A stretch of DNA of 46,184 bases from an uncultured Clostridia bacterium (GCA_944392505.1 CALXWU010000003.1:1-46184); one strand, 5' to 3'. Counted from the first letter of the stretch, positions 1 through 11,299 are shown. Notes: a model not told the origin generated them from the sequence alone. Translations and numbers: made by a program.

Positions 1-849
1 ACTTATTTATTTAAACCATTAATAATACATACAGGAATAAATTTTCCAACAATAATAAATTCAGTTAATAATGTCTTCTACAATTTTATTTTTTCTTTTG
101 CATTAACAGCTGAGTCATATATAAGAAATTTTGGATTTTTTAGAGAACCTGGGGTATATCAAGTTTTTATAATACTAGCATTGATATTTTTAATATTTGT
201 TAAAAATATTAACATAAAATGCAAAACAAAAATTATATATACTTTAATCTTTACAGTGACAATATTGTCCACTTTTTCAACTACTGGAATTATTTTATTG
301 GCATTGCTTTTTATTACATATATAGTAAAATTGATAAGAGACGGCAAAATGAATAGAAAGGGATTTATAATAATTACAACAATTGCAATAATTTGTAGTT
401 TAATATTGACGTTACTTTACAATATAATACCTAGTTTTAGAGAAACATTAAGATTTTCAATAGAGAAAATTTTTACACCAAATGAATCTTTATCTGCAAG
501 GCAAGAATCAATAATTGTTCCTTTAAAATTATATTTAAATAGTCCTATATTCGGTCAAAAATATATTGATGTAGTTGAAGCTATAGACCATAATACTAAT
601 ACAACTATCAATATGTTTGCAATATATGGTTTACTCACAGGAGTAATTCATGTAATATTAATATATTTCTTAATAAAGAAAATGAAGCAATCTAGAATTG
701 TATCGTTTTTAATATTTATAATGTATATAGTTGCTATTAATACACAGTTGTTAATTGGAAACTCAGTATTATGGATATTAATGTTTTCATGTTTTATGGA
801 TGATGAAACAATATCAAAAAAAGAAAAATATCTAGAAGGGGAAAAATAA
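1..849 (+). CDS. Polysaccharide polymerase / O-antigen ligase-like membrane protein (Wzy-like), 5'-truncated by window edge
   Basis: Frame 1 is open from base 1 to TAA at 849. Multi-TM protein with RNFGFFREPGVY and STTG motifs typical of Wzy/WaaL proteins. Lies in a polysaccharide cluster. Confidence 0.7.
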   Translation, partial: TYLFKPLIIHTGINFPTIINSVNNVFYNFIFSFALTAESYIRNFGFFREPGVYQVFIILALIFLIFVKNINIKCKTKIIYTLIFTVTILSTFSTTGIILLALLFITYIVKLIRDGKMNRKGFIIITTIAIICSLILTLLYNIIPSFRETLRFSIEKIFTPNESLSARQESIIVPLKLYLNSPIFGQKYIDVVEAIDHNTNTTINMFAIYGLLTGVIHVILIYFLIKKMKQSRIVSFLIFIMYIVAINTQLLIGNSVLWILMFSCFMDDETISKKEKYLEGEK

Positions 850-850
850 G

Positions 851-2116
851 ATGAAGAAAATACTATGGATAGTTAATACTATTTTTCCATATCCAGCAAA
901 AGAGTTAGGAATGAAAAAAACATTTTTTGGAGGATGGTTAAATAGTTTATCTGATACACTAAGAAAAAGTGAAGATTTTAAGCTTGCTATTGCAGCAGTA
1001 TACAATGGAAAAGATTTAAAAAAGATGGATGATGGACAAGTAATATATTATCTTCTTCCAGGAGCTCCTGCACTAAAATATGATAAGAAATTAGAAAGAT
1101 ATTGGAAGGATATTAACGAAGAATTTAAACCGGATTTAGTACATATAAACGGTACAGAATATGCTCATGGATTAGCATTTATCAAAGCTTGTCCAGATGC
1201 TACAACTATTACATCTATTCAAGGGTTAGTATCTGTATATGCTAATGTATATTATGCAAATATACCAGTAAAAGATATTATAAAAAATATTACATTTAGA
1301 GATATAATAAAAAATGATAGTATAATACAAGCAAGAAAAAAATTTATAAAACGTGGAAAAAACGAAATAGAAATTTTGAAAAAAACAAATGCTATTACTG
1401 GTAGAACAATTTGGGATTATTCTAATGTACAAGCTATTAATCCAAATGTTAAATTTTATTGGAGTAATAGAATTTTAAGAGAGGAATTTTATCAAAGTAA
1501 AAAATGGGATATTTCTAATATAGAAAGACATTCAATATTTTGTAGTCAAGCAGGGTATCCAATAAAAGGACTACATTATATGATTGAAGCAGTTAATATT
1601 TTAAAAAAAGAATATCTAGATATAAAAGTATATGTGGCTGGACAAAACATAACCAAAAGTGATACTATAAAGGAGAAAATGAAAATATCTGGGTATGGAA
1701 AATATATTAAAGGATTAATAAGAAAATATAATCTTGAAGAAAATATTATTTTTACAGGAATTCTAAATGCTCAAGGAATGGTAGATAAATTATTAAGGAG
1801 TAATGTATTTGTACAAACTTCTGCAATAGAAAATAGTCCAAACTCTTTAGGAGAAGCTATGATGCTTGGAGTACCTTGTATAGCATCATATGTTGGAGGA
1901 ACTTGTGATATGCTAGAACATAAAAAAGAAGGATTTTTATATACATATACTGAACCTGCTATTTTAGCTGAATATATAAAAAGGATATTTGAAGATGATG
2001 AATTGTGCATGAAATTTAGCAATAATGCTATTAATAAAGCAAATATTACACACAACAAAGAAAGAATTACACAGGAAACAATGGATATGTATAATGATAT
2101 TTTAAATAAAGAATAA
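851..2116 (+). CDS. Glycosyltransferase family 4 (GT-B)
   Basis: C-terminal ENSPNSLGEAMMLGVPCIASYVGG (EX7E) motif and KGLHY motif. Confidence 0.9.
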   Translation: MKKILWIVNTIFPYPAKELGMKKTFFGGWLNSLSDTLRKSEDFKLAIAAVYNGKDLKKMDDGQVIYYLLPGAPALKYDKKLERYWKDINEEFKPDLVHINGTEYAHGLAFIKACPDATTITSIQGLVSVYANVYYANIPVKDIIKNITFRDIIKNDSIIQARKKFIKRGKNEIEILKKTNAITGRTIWDYSNVQAINPNVKFYWSNRILREEFYQSKKWDISNIERHSIFCSQAGYPIKGLHYMIEAVNILKKEYLDIKVYVAGQNITKSDTIKEKMKISGYGKYIKGLIRKYNLEENIIFTGILNAQGMVDKLLRSNVFVQTSAIENSPNSLGEAMMLGVPCIASYVGGTCDMLEHKKEGFLYTYTEPAILAEYIKRIFEDDELCMKFSNNAINKANITHNKERITQETMDMYNDILNKE

Positions 2117-2132
2117 AATGGGAGAAAAGTAG

Positions 2133-3056
2133 ATGAGCTTAAATGGATTAAAATATATTGTGAAAGAACCTAAATTTATCTTGTATTATGTTGATAAATA
2201 TTTGAAAATAAGAATTAGAGACGACCTGTATTTAAGAATTGTATATAAAAAAATTTTTAATAGAGAATTAGATTTAAAAAATCCAAAAACTTTTAATGAA
2301 AAATTACAATGGTTAAAATTATATGATAGAAATCCACAGTATACTGAAATGGTTGACAAATATCAAGTGAAAAAGTATATAGCAGATTTAATTGGTGAAG
2401 AATATATAATACCAACATTAGGAGTATATGATAAATTTGATGATATTGACTTTGAAAAATTACCAAATCAATTTGTCTTAAAATGTACACATGATTCAGG
2501 TAGTACAATAGTTTGTAGAGATAAAGATAATTTTGATTATAAACAAACCAAGAAAAAAATAAATAAGTTATTAAAAAAGAATTTCTTCTATGGTGGCAGA
2601 GAGTGGCCATATAAAAACGTAAAGCCACGAATAATAGTTGAGAAATTTATGCAGAATGGTGAAGAAAAAGAACTTAAGGATTATAAATTCTATTGTTTTA
2701 GTGGAATACCAAAATTTCTATACGTTTCAGAAGGATTGGAAAATCATGAAACTGCTAGAATATCATTTTTCGATATGAATTTCAACTTTGAAGATTTTTC
2801 AAGAACTGACTATAAAAAAATGGATAAAAAACCTGATAAACCTGTTAATTTTGAAAAAATGAAAGAATTAGCAGCAAAATTATCAAAAGGTATACCTTTT
2901 GTAAGAATTGATTTATATGAAATTAATGGACAATTATATTTTAGTGAATTTACCTTTAGTCCATGCTCTGGATTTATGTTATTTAATCCAGAAGAGTATG
3001 ATGAAATTGTAGGAAATCTTTTAGTATTACCAGGAGAAAAAAATAATGAGAAGTAA
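2133..3056 (+). CDS. TupA-like ATP-grasp protein (polysaccharide modification)
   Basis: NPKTFNEKLQWLKLYDR, FVLKCTHDSGS, DYKFYCF and RIDLY motifs. Confidence 0.9.
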   Translation: MSLNGLKYIVKEPKFILYYVDKYLKIRIRDDLYLRIVYKKIFNRELDLKNPKTFNEKLQWLKLYDRNPQYTEMVDKYQVKKYIADLIGEEYIIPTLGVYDKFDDIDFEKLPNQFVLKCTHDSGSTIVCRDKDNFDYKQTKKKINKLLKKNFFYGGREWPYKNVKPRIIVEKFMQNGEEKELKDYKFYCFSGIPKFLYVSEGLENHETARISFFDMNFNFEDFSRTDYKKMDKKPDKPVNFEKMKELAAKLSKGIPFVRIDLYEINGQLYFSEFTFSPCSGFMLFNPEEYDEIVGNLLVLPGEKNNEK

Positions 3057-4563
3057 AAAAGCAATAAAAAACATAATAGCATCTGTATGTCAACAAGTTG
3101 TAATATTTGTCTGTGGCTTAATTGTTCCAAAGGCCATAATAAGTACTTTCGGCTCAAGTGTAAATGGCTTGATATCTTCTATTACACAATTTCTATCATA
3201 TATTAGCCTATTGGAAGCAGGAATTGGACCAGTAATAAAGGCAGCATTATATAAACCTATAGCCCAAAAGGATAAACAAGAGATTGAAAAAATTTTAAAA
3301 TCTAGTCAAAAATTTTTCAGGGTCATATCTGGAATCTTAATAATATATTTAATAATTTTATGCTTTGTCTATCCTTTAATTGTAGCGGACCAATTTGATT
3401 ACTGGTTTACAGTGTCACTAATAGTTATAATTTCAATAAGTACATTCGCAGAATATTTTTTTGGCATGGTATATACGCTATATTTACAAGCTGAACAAAA
3501 AACATATATTACTGCTTTATTGCAAAGTGGATCAACAATATTAAATGCAATATTAGTTATAATGCTTATAAGATTTAATACTAATATACAAATCGTTAAA
3601 TTAGTAAGTGCTTTTGTTTTTGTATTAAGACCAATAATTCAGAATATATACGTTAAGAAAAAATATAATATTAACTTTAAAGAGGTAAAAGAAAAGTATA
3701 ATTTAAAACAAAAATGGGATGGCTTAGCACAGCACATTGCAGCGGTTGTTCATAGTAGTACTGATGTTGCGGTATTAACAATATTTACAAATACAGCTGA
3801 AGTGTCTGTTTATACAGTGTATCTGTTTGTTGTAAATGGAGTGAAGAATATTGTACAAGCATTTACTGGAGGAGTAGATGCATCTTTTGGAGATATGATA
3901 GTAAAAGGAGAAAAAGAGAATCTTAACAAAAGCTTTAAAACATATGAGTTGTTCTACTATACCCTTATCACTATAGTGTATATAGTTACAATGATTTTGA
4001 TATTACCATTTGTTTCTGTGTATACAAGAGGAATAACAGATATAAATTACTACAGACCAACATTTGCGATACTTATAATTGTGGCAGAGTTGTTTTGGTC
4101 GATTAGGTTACCATATAGTTCTATTACATTAGCGGCGGGTCATTTTAGAGAGACTAAAAAAGGAGCTTGGTTAGAAGCTTTTTTAAATTTATTCTTATCA
4201 ATTATATTAGTATTTAAATTTGGTATGATTGGCGTTGCAATAGGAACATTAGTTGCAATGTTAGTTAGAACAATAGAATTTATTTATCACTCTTCAAAAT
4301 ATATTTTAAAAAGGAAAATAAGAGATGCCGTTGGAAGAATAACCTTGCTTGCAATAGAAACTTTACTAATTGTGCCAATTGGAATGATAATATGTAATAG
4401 ATATAATGTTGATTCATATATAACATGGATAATTATGGCTATAAGTGTAACCCTAACTGTAGCATTCATAGTCATTAGTGTAAATTCGATAATTTATAAA
4501 AAGGATGTTAAATCATTAATAGATATGTTAAAAAGAAATTTTTTGAAGAGAGGAGTTAATTAA
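3046..4563 (+). CDS. Polysaccharide flippase (Wzx/MOP family)
   Basis: 505 aa with many TM segments, located in the polysaccharide cluster. Confidence 0.85.
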   Translation: MRSKKAIKNIIASVCQQVVIFVCGLIVPKAIISTFGSSVNGLISSITQFLSYISLLEAGIGPVIKAALYKPIAQKDKQEIEKILKSSQKFFRVISGILIIYLIILCFVYPLIVADQFDYWFTVSLIVIISISTFAEYFFGMVYTLYLQAEQKTYITALLQSGSTILNAILVIMLIRFNTNIQIVKLVSAFVFVLRPIIQNIYVKKKYNINFKEVKEKYNLKQKWDGLAQHIAAVVHSSTDVAVLTIFTNTAEVSVYTVYLFVVNGVKNIVQAFTGGVDASFGDMIVKGEKENLNKSFKTYELFYYTLITIVYIVTMILILPFVSVYTRGITDINYYRPTFAILIIVAELFWSIRLPYSSITLAAGHFRETKKGAWLEAFLNLFLSIILVFKFGMIGVAIGTLVAMLVRTIEFIYHSSKYILKRKIRDAVGRITLLAIETLLIVPIGMIICNRYNVDSYITWIIMAISVTLTVAFIVISVNSIIYKKDVKSLIDMLKRNFLKRGVN

Positions 4564-4564
4564 A

Positions 4565-5548
4565 ATGAAAACATATTTTATTACAGGAGGAGCTGGATTT
4601 ATAGGCTCTAGCTTAGCAGAAAAATTATTAAATGATGGAAATAAGGTTGTAACAATAGATAATTTTTGTGATTTTTATAGTCAAAAAATAAAAGAAAATA
4701 ATATTAAGAATTTGATATCAAACCCAAATTTTAAAATATACAAAGATGATATAAGAAGTAGAGAAGGAGTTAAAAAAGTATTTGATGAAAATCAAATAGA
4801 TATAGTTATGCATTTGGCCGCAATGGCAGGAGTTAGACCCTCTATTAATAATCCTATTCTATATCAAGAAGTAAATTGTCTGGGAACACAAAACATACTT
4901 GAAGAAATGAGATTACATAATTGCAATAATTTGGTAATGGCTTCGTCAAGTAGTGTCTATGGAAACTGTAAAGAAGTACCTTTTAAAGAGGATATGATTG
5001 TGGATTTTGCTATTAGTCCTTATGCAGCTACTAAGAAAGCAAATGAGGTAATGACACATGTGTATCACAAACTTTATAATATGAATGTGATTATGTTAAG
5101 ATTTTTTACAGTATATGGACCAAAGCAAAGACCAGATTTAGCAATTAATAAATTTACCAGATTAATGCTAGAAGGCAAAGAAATTCCGATGTTCGGAGAT
5201 GGAACAACTTCTAGAGATTATACATACATTGAAGATATTGTAGATGGAATAGATAGAGCTTGCAAGTATACTTTAGAAAATAAAGATGTTTATGAAATAT
5301 TAAATATAGGAAATTCATCACCAATATCATTAAAAGAAATGATTGATATAATTGCAACAACTCTAGGAACAGAGCCGAAAATAAAACAATTACCAATGCA
5401 GCCTGGAGACGTAGAAAGGACTTATGCGGACATATCAAAAGCAAAAAGATTAATTGGATATGAGCCCAAAACAAGTTTCACAGAAGGAATAAAAAAATTT
5501 GTAGAGTGGTATAAGGAAAATATGGAGCTATATGAGAATAAAATATAA
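4565..5548 (+). CDS. NAD-dependent nucleotide-sugar epimerase (UDP-glucuronate 4-epimerase-like)
   Basis: TGGAGFIG, HLAAMAGVRPS, SSSSVYG, YAATK and LRFFTVYGP motifs. Confidence 0.9.
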   Translation: MKTYFITGGAGFIGSSLAEKLLNDGNKVVTIDNFCDFYSQKIKENNIKNLISNPNFKIYKDDIRSREGVKKVFDENQIDIVMHLAAMAGVRPSINNPILYQEVNCLGTQNILEEMRLHNCNNLVMASSSSVYGNCKEVPFKEDMIVDFAISPYAATKKANEVMTHVYHKLYNMNVIMLRFFTVYGPKQRPDLAINKFTRLMLEGKEIPMFGDGTTSRDYTYIEDIVDGIDRACKYTLENKDVYEILNIGNSSPISLKEMIDIIATTLGTEPKIKQLPMQPGDVERTYADISKAKRLIGYEPKTSFTEGIKKFVEWYKENMELYENKI

Positions 5549-5599
5549 AATTTTATATTTAAATAAAAATAATAAATTAGTTTTAGGAGATGAAACAAT

Positions 5600-6913
5600 A
5601 TGAAACAATATAATATAGTAGTAGCAGGAACAGGATATGTAGGATTAGTTACAGGTGTATGCTTAGCAGAGAAAGGACACAAAGTAACATGCGTTGATGT
5701 AAATCAAGAGAAAATTGATTATATGAAGAAAGGAAAATCACCAATTTATGAAAAAGATTTGGAAGAACTGATGATAAAAAACAAAGATAGATTAAATTAC
5801 ACAACAGATTCAGCTAGTATATACAAAAGCGCAGATGTAATTTTTATTGGCGTAGGAACGCCTGAAAAAAAAGATGGAAGTGCTAATTTAAAATATGTTT
5901 ACAAGGTAGCAAAAGAAATTGCTCAAAGCCTTGAAAAGGACTGTATTATTGTAATAAAATCTACAGTACCAATAGGAACAAATAAAAAAATAGAAAAGTA
6001 TATAAGGTCTAATCTAAAGAATGATGTTGACGTTGAATTAGTTTCTAACCCAGAATTTTTATCACAAGGAACGGCTGTACATGATACTTTACATGCTCAG
6101 AGAATAGTAATAGGTGTAAAATCTAAGAATGCAGAAAAAATTATGAGAGAAGTATATGACCCTTTTGAAGTAGAATATGTAATTACAGATAGAGAAAGTG
6201 CAGAAATGATAAAATATGCTTCAAATGATTTCTTAGCTTTAAAAATATCATATATTAATGAAATTGCAAATTTATGTGAAATAGTTGGAGCTAATATTAC
6301 TGATGTGGCTAAGGGGATGGGACTAGATAGTAGAATTGGTAATAAATTCCTAAATGCAGGAATCGGATATGGTGGTTCTTGCTTCCCAAAAGACACTAAG
6401 GCTTTAAATTGGCTGGGTAATTTTTATGATTATGAACTAAAAACAGTAAAAGCAGCAATAGAAGTGAATGAAAATCAAAAAATAAAATTAATAAAGAAGG
6501 CTAGGAAATATTACGAAAGCTTTGAAGGAATTAATGTAGCCGTTTTAGGCTTATCATTTAAACCAAATACGGATGATTTAAGGGAAGCACCATCATTAGA
6601 TTGCATACCAATATTATTAGATGATGGAGCAAAAATTAAGGCATATGATCCAGTTGCAGAGAATAATTACAAAAAGATTTATCCTACTGAAATCGAATAT
6701 TGTAAGTCTGTTGAGGATACATTGAAGGATGCAGATATTTGTTTCATTTTTACAGAATGGGATTTCGTAAAAGAAATGGATATAAGCTTATTTAAAAAAC
6801 TTATGGCAAAACCTATTGTATTAGACGGAAGAAATTGCTTTGATTTAAACAAAGTAAAAAACGAAAGAATTATTTATGAATCAATAGGCAGAAAATTAAT
6901 TGATAATATTTAA
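5600..6913 (+). CDS. ugd: UDP-glucose 6-dehydrogenase
   Basis: GTGYVGL, KSTVPIGT, NPEFL, GYGGSCFPKD (catalytic Cys) and FKPNTDDLRE motifs. Confidence 0.93.
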   Translation: MKQYNIVVAGTGYVGLVTGVCLAEKGHKVTCVDVNQEKIDYMKKGKSPIYEKDLEELMIKNKDRLNYTTDSASIYKSADVIFIGVGTPEKKDGSANLKYVYKVAKEIAQSLEKDCIIVIKSTVPIGTNKKIEKYIRSNLKNDVDVELVSNPEFLSQGTAVHDTLHAQRIVIGVKSKNAEKIMREVYDPFEVEYVITDRESAEMIKYASNDFLALKISYINEIANLCEIVGANITDVAKGMGLDSRIGNKFLNAGIGYGGSCFPKDTKALNWLGNFYDYELKTVKAAIEVNENQKIKLIKKARKYYESFEGINVAVLGLSFKPNTDDLREAPSLDCIPILLDDGAKIKAYDPVAENNYKKIYPTEIEYCKSVEDTLKDADICFIFTEWDFVKEMDISLFKKLMAKPIVLDGRNCFDLNKVKNERIIYESIGRKLIDNI

Positions 6914-6977
6914 TAATAAATTAAAAACAATATTTTTAACTTACTATACTATTATAGTATTGTAAGGAGGAGGAAAT

Positions 6978-7331
6978 ATGTTACAGAAACTAGAATATCC
7001 ATTTGATTCGGATTATATTTTAAAAAAGAAAAAGTCATTGAAGAAAAAACTATTAGAAAGTTCTTGTGGCTTTATTGAAAAAAATATAGCAATTTTAGAT
7101 GGTTCAACAACGAATGATATTAAACTTGTTTTGGAGTTATTTTTGCTAAACAATGGAATAAAACCAAAATTTTATGAATCAGAATACAATCAGTTTTGGC
7201 AGGATGCAATGCTTGAAAATAAAGAACTAGAAGAATTTAAACCAGAGATTATTTTTATACATACAACTAATAGGAATATTACAAATTACCCAACAATCGG
7301 TGAAAGCAATGAAGGAAAAGTATTTTTGTAA
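6978..7331 (+). pseudogene. N-terminal fragment of an FkbH-like (HAD-IIIC) protein
   Basis: Strong RBS (AAGGAGG). IAILDGSTT...YESEYNQFWQDAM...PEIIFIHTTNRNI resembles the FkbH N-terminus. The ORF stops at 117 aa and I see no continuation in another frame. Confidence 0.6.
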
Positions 7332-7508
7332 TCTATCTTAAAATTCACTTTACTTTTGGGATAAAAATTTATATAATAATTACATTAATAAATAAAATGA
7401 TGAAAGAATATGCTATTTTAGTAATAAAATTAGTTGAATAATGTAAATTTTATGATATTACAAAATATTAAAAAGAAATATTTAATATAAGAAAGGCCTT
7501 GATAAATT

Positions 7509-9044
7509 ATGAGTTATACACCAAAACGAATGAAAGGGGAAGACCCTTATCAGAGAATGAGAAGGGAATATGAGGAAAGTGGTAATAGAATCCATAAAAC
7601 TTCAAATAAAAAGAAAAGTACTAAAAAAAGAAAAAATAATGAAATAGACATTATATTTAAAATTTTAGCTGTAATTTATATACTTGTAACAATAATATTT
7701 TATCGTTCAGTAACTAGACTTAATATGTTGCCAACAAGTTATGTTGTCATATTTACAATTGCAGAAATCATATTTACGGTCCTAATAGTTTTAGGATTGG
7801 GGAAAAGGCATAAAACATATAAACTAAATATTGTTTGCCTCGTTATTGCACTACTAATTTCAGGAGTATATTTGTATGTTTCTAATTATGCAAATGCCAC
7901 AAAAGATTTTCTTGGCTCAATGTTCCAAGAGGTACAGGAAACAGAAGAATACTATGTAGTGGTTAGAAGTGAAAGTGAATATGATGAATTGAACGATTTA
8001 GATGGAGAAAGTATATATACCTTCCAATTAGAAGATGATGTAAAAACTGATGTCGAAAATCAGATAGAAGTTACATTTGAATCTGGTTCAAATTTAACGG
8101 ACTTAGGTAATGATTTACTTGATGAAAGTATTGATGCTATATTAATAAGTTCATCACAATATAGTATAATAGATGAGGAAATAGAAAACTTTATAGATAA
8201 TACTAAAATAATATATACAGCTCACCATGCAATTAAGAAGGTGGAAAATGTTAGTTCAGAAGGTTCTAAATATACTATTAACAATGGTACGTTTAATATA
8301 TACATTAGTGGAATAGATACTTCTGGAAGTATAAGTAATGTATCAAGAAGTGATGCTAATATATTAGTTACAGTAAATACTAATACACATGAAATCTTAC
8401 TCACATCAATCCCAAGAGATTATTATGTAACACTTCATAGCAAGGGTGCAAAAGACAAATTAACGCATTCAGGATTATATGGAGTTAATGAGACAGTAAT
8501 TACAGTAGAGGATTTATTAGATACTGAAATCAATTATTATGTTAGAGTAAACTTCACAACTGTTATTAAATTAGTAGATGTGTTAGGGGGAATTCAAGTA
8601 TATTCTGATTATGATTTCACAGCACAAGGATACCACTTCAATCAAGGATATAATTACTTAAATGGTGAACAAGCTTTAGCATTTAGTAGAGAAAGACATT
8701 CCTTTGCTTCAGGTGACAACCAAAGAGTAAAAAATCAACAGGCTGTAATAGAGGCAATAATTAATAAAGTATTGAGTGCTCAACTTTTCACTAATTATAC
8801 AAACATACTTGATTCACTTGAAGGAAGCTTCCAAACTAATATAACAGAATCAGAGATAAATAAAATAGTACAAGATCAGTTAAGCAATATGTCATCATGG
8901 CAAATAGATAATAATGCTTTAGTGGGAACTGGTTCATCAGGACCAACATATTCATTAGGAAATGTAAATTCATATATAATGCTTCCAGATAGTTCTTCAG
9001 TAGAAGAAGCAAAAGAATTGATTGATGAGGTATTAGGAGAGTAA
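7509..9044 (+). CDS. LytR-CpsA-Psr (LCP) family protein, CpsA-like
   Basis: Three N-terminal TMs; SGIDT, SRSDANI, SIPRDYYV, KLTH and RVKNQQ LCP motifs. Confidence 0.92.
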   Translation: MSYTPKRMKGEDPYQRMRREYEESGNRIHKTSNKKKSTKKRKNNEIDIIFKILAVIYILVTIIFYRSVTRLNMLPTSYVVIFTIAEIIFTVLIVLGLGKRHKTYKLNIVCLVIALLISGVYLYVSNYANATKDFLGSMFQEVQETEEYYVVVRSESEYDELNDLDGESIYTFQLEDDVKTDVENQIEVTFESGSNLTDLGNDLLDESIDAILISSSQYSIIDEEIENFIDNTKIIYTAHHAIKKVENVSSEGSKYTINNGTFNIYISGIDTSGSISNVSRSDANILVTVNTNTHEILLTSIPRDYYVTLHSKGAKDKLTHSGLYGVNETVITVEDLLDTEINYYVRVNFTTVIKLVDVLGGIQVYSDYDFTAQGYHFNQGYNYLNGEQALAFSRERHSFASGDNQRVKNQQAVIEAIINKVLSAQLFTNYTNILDSLEGSFQTNITESEINKIVQDQLSNMSSWQIDNNALVGTGSSGPTYSLGNVNSYIMLPDSSSVEEAKELIDEVLGE

Positions 9045-9049
9045 AAACA

Positions 9050-9084
9050 AAAATAGCAGAGTTCAAAATCTCTGCTATTTTTTT
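9050..9084. terminator. Bidirectional intrinsic terminator between convergent LCP genes
   Basis: AAAATAGCAGAG-loop-CTCTGCTATTTT stem with A- and T-tracts on both sides. Confidence 0.85.
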
Positions 9085-9128
9085 GATATTTTGATATATT
9101 GTAAATTGTATTTATTTTGTTTTAAACC

Positions 9129-10121
9129 TTACCCACTATATCCAGTATCATTTATTATATCATCACTAATTTCTTGTACAGTTTCAGTAGGAGTGTAATC
9201 ATCATTTCCAAATAGTTCTGCATGCAATTCTTTTACATTAGATTCTAAGGTTACAGGTACTCCATACCAAGCATCTGTAGATATTCCACGTACCTCATAT
9301 GGCCAACCTTCACTATTCTTAATACTGTAGAATGGAACAGCTGGAAGCATTGAAATTATCTCATTACTTGATAAATTTGTTGAGATAAGAGGCAAAATGG
9401 TATCTACAAAATTAGATAATTCAGAAACACCCAAAGTTTTTACTTTATCAAATACAGCCTCAATTACAGTTCTCATACGTTCAGTTCTCTGATAATCTGA
9501 GTCTATTTTCCTAATTCTTGAATATGCTAAAGCTTGTTCTCCATCTAAAGTATAAGTTCCGCCAGAGCTTAATCCGCTTATTTGTGTTGCTTCTGCATCT
9601 GTGACTTTTATAGTTACTCCACCAATTGAATCCACAACTGTTTTTACAGTTTCAAAATTTACTGTAACAAATTCCGTTATGTTTAAGTCTAAGTTCTTAT
9701 TTAAAGTACTCATTGCAAGTTCTGGACCACCATATGCATATGCATGAGTTATTTTATCTAATCCATGTCCATCAATTTGAACATAAGTGTCTCTATATAC
9801 AGAAGTAAGATTTACATCATTTGTTTTCTTATTTATACTAACAATTATTATACAATCGCTTCGTGTATTACTAAATGAGCCATCTTGAGAATCTACACCC
9901 AATAAAACAATATTTCTGTAATCCTTTAATTTTTCATCTACTCCAGAATTTACATGAATCGAACTTTCGTCAATTTCTACATAATCCATATTGCTTAATT
10001 TATCTGTTAAAATAGCATATCCAACACCTAAAGCTAGTCCGAGAAGAATTAATATAATAAGTAGGAATATTCCTAAACCTTTTAAAAATCCACCTTTATT
10101 TGATATTAAATATTTTTTCAA
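9129..10121 (-). CDS. LCP family protein
   Basis: LLGVDS, TRSDCII, SVYRDTYV, KITHAYAYGG and RTERMR motifs. Start placed at TTG 10121 behind GGAGG. Confidence 0.9.
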   Translation of the reverse strand: MKKYLISNKGGFLKGLGIFLLIILILLGLALGVGYAILTDKLSNMDYVEIDESSIHVNSGVDEKLKDYRNIVLLGVDSQDGSFSNTRSDCIIIVSINKKTNDVNLTSVYRDTYVQIDGHGLDKITHAYAYGGPELAMSTLNKNLDLNITEFVTVNFETVKTVVDSIGGVTIKVTDAEATQISGLSSGGTYTLDGEQALAYSRIRKIDSDYQRTERMRTVIEAVFDKVKTLGVSELSNFVDTILPLISTNLSSNEIISMLPAVPFYSIKNSEGWPYEVRGISTDAWYGVPVTLESNVKELHAELFGNDDYTPTETVQEISDDIINDTGYSG

Positions 10122-10289
10122 ATCAATTTCCTCCAATCTTTTGAATAAGCAAATTGTATCAAATTTTTATGTGAAATTCAAGAAAATGCGGAATATTAAG
10201 AAAAGATTAAGATAAATACTAAAGATTGTAATTTTAATGTATAAAAATGCTCTTTTTTTCTAAAAATATAAAAAAAGGAGTGATTTTTT

Positions 10290-11229
10290 ATGTATAATTT
10301 TAGAACAGATTTAGCTTTAGAAAGAAGAGATTTATATAATAAAGCACATAATGTTGAAAAAGATATTGATGGTATAGAAACAGAAGAGGAACAGATTGAT
10401 GATAAGATAAAAGTCTCAAGGGTAAAGGTAACAAACCAAACAGGGGCAGAAGCAATTGGAAAACCAGAAGGAAATTATATTACTATTGATTTTAAAAATT
10501 TAAAGATTGCAACTGATGAAGAAATACAAAAAGCTTCTGAAACAGTTACAAAAGAATTAAAAACATTATTAGATAAACATGTTGGGCTTCAAGCTTCAAT
10601 TTTAGTAGTAGGACTTGGCAATATTTATGTTACACCAGATGCTTTAGGACCAAAAGTAATAAATGAAATAGATATTACCAGACATTTACTAGAATATATG
10701 CCTGAAGTGCTTGACCAAAACACCAGAGAAGTAAGTGCTGTTTCACCGGGGGTACTTGGGACAACAGGAATTGAGACCTTAGAGATTTTAAAAGGAATTG
10801 TAGATAACATTAAGCCTAAATTGGTAATTGTAATTGATGCATTAGCTTCAAGAAGTATAGAAAGGATTAGTAGTTCTATACAGCTTGCCGATACTGGAAT
10901 CGTCCCAGGTGCAGGTGTAGGAAATGCAAGGAAAGAATTAACACAAAACACCTTAGGAGTGCCAGTTATAGCTATGCGGTATTCCTACAGTTGTAGAAGC
11001 GGCTACAATAGCAGCAGATAGTTTAACATTGCTAATTCAAAAGGTTCAAGAACAAGCACAATCTAATGATTTTTTAAATCAATTGCAGGAAGAGGATAAG
11101 TATACTCTAATAAAAGAGGTTTTAGCTCCAGCAGAATATAACTTTATCGTGACACCTAAAGAAATTGATGAGCTCATAGAAAAAATGAAGGATGTTGTAG
11201 CAAGAGGAATTAATTTTGCAATAAATTAA
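10290..11229 (+). CDS. gpr: Germination protease GPR (312 aa), read through a +1 shift at CGG-T 10977-10980
   Basis: RTDLALE, GLGN...TPDALGP, IDALASR and PGAGVGN motifs. GVPVIAM-G-IPTVVEAATIA and the C-terminal VTPKEID are obtained only by skipping C10977. Confidence 0.9.
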
Positions 11230-11258
11230 AAGAAAATGCTTTACAAATTTTGATAGAG

Positions 11259-11299
11259 CACATCATTTTTTAAATTATGTTTTATGAAAAAATGATGTG
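11259..11299 (+). terminator. Inverted repeat downstream of gpr, probable terminator
   Basis: CACATCATTTTTT ... AAAAAATGATGTG arms followed by a T-run. Confidence 0.55.
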
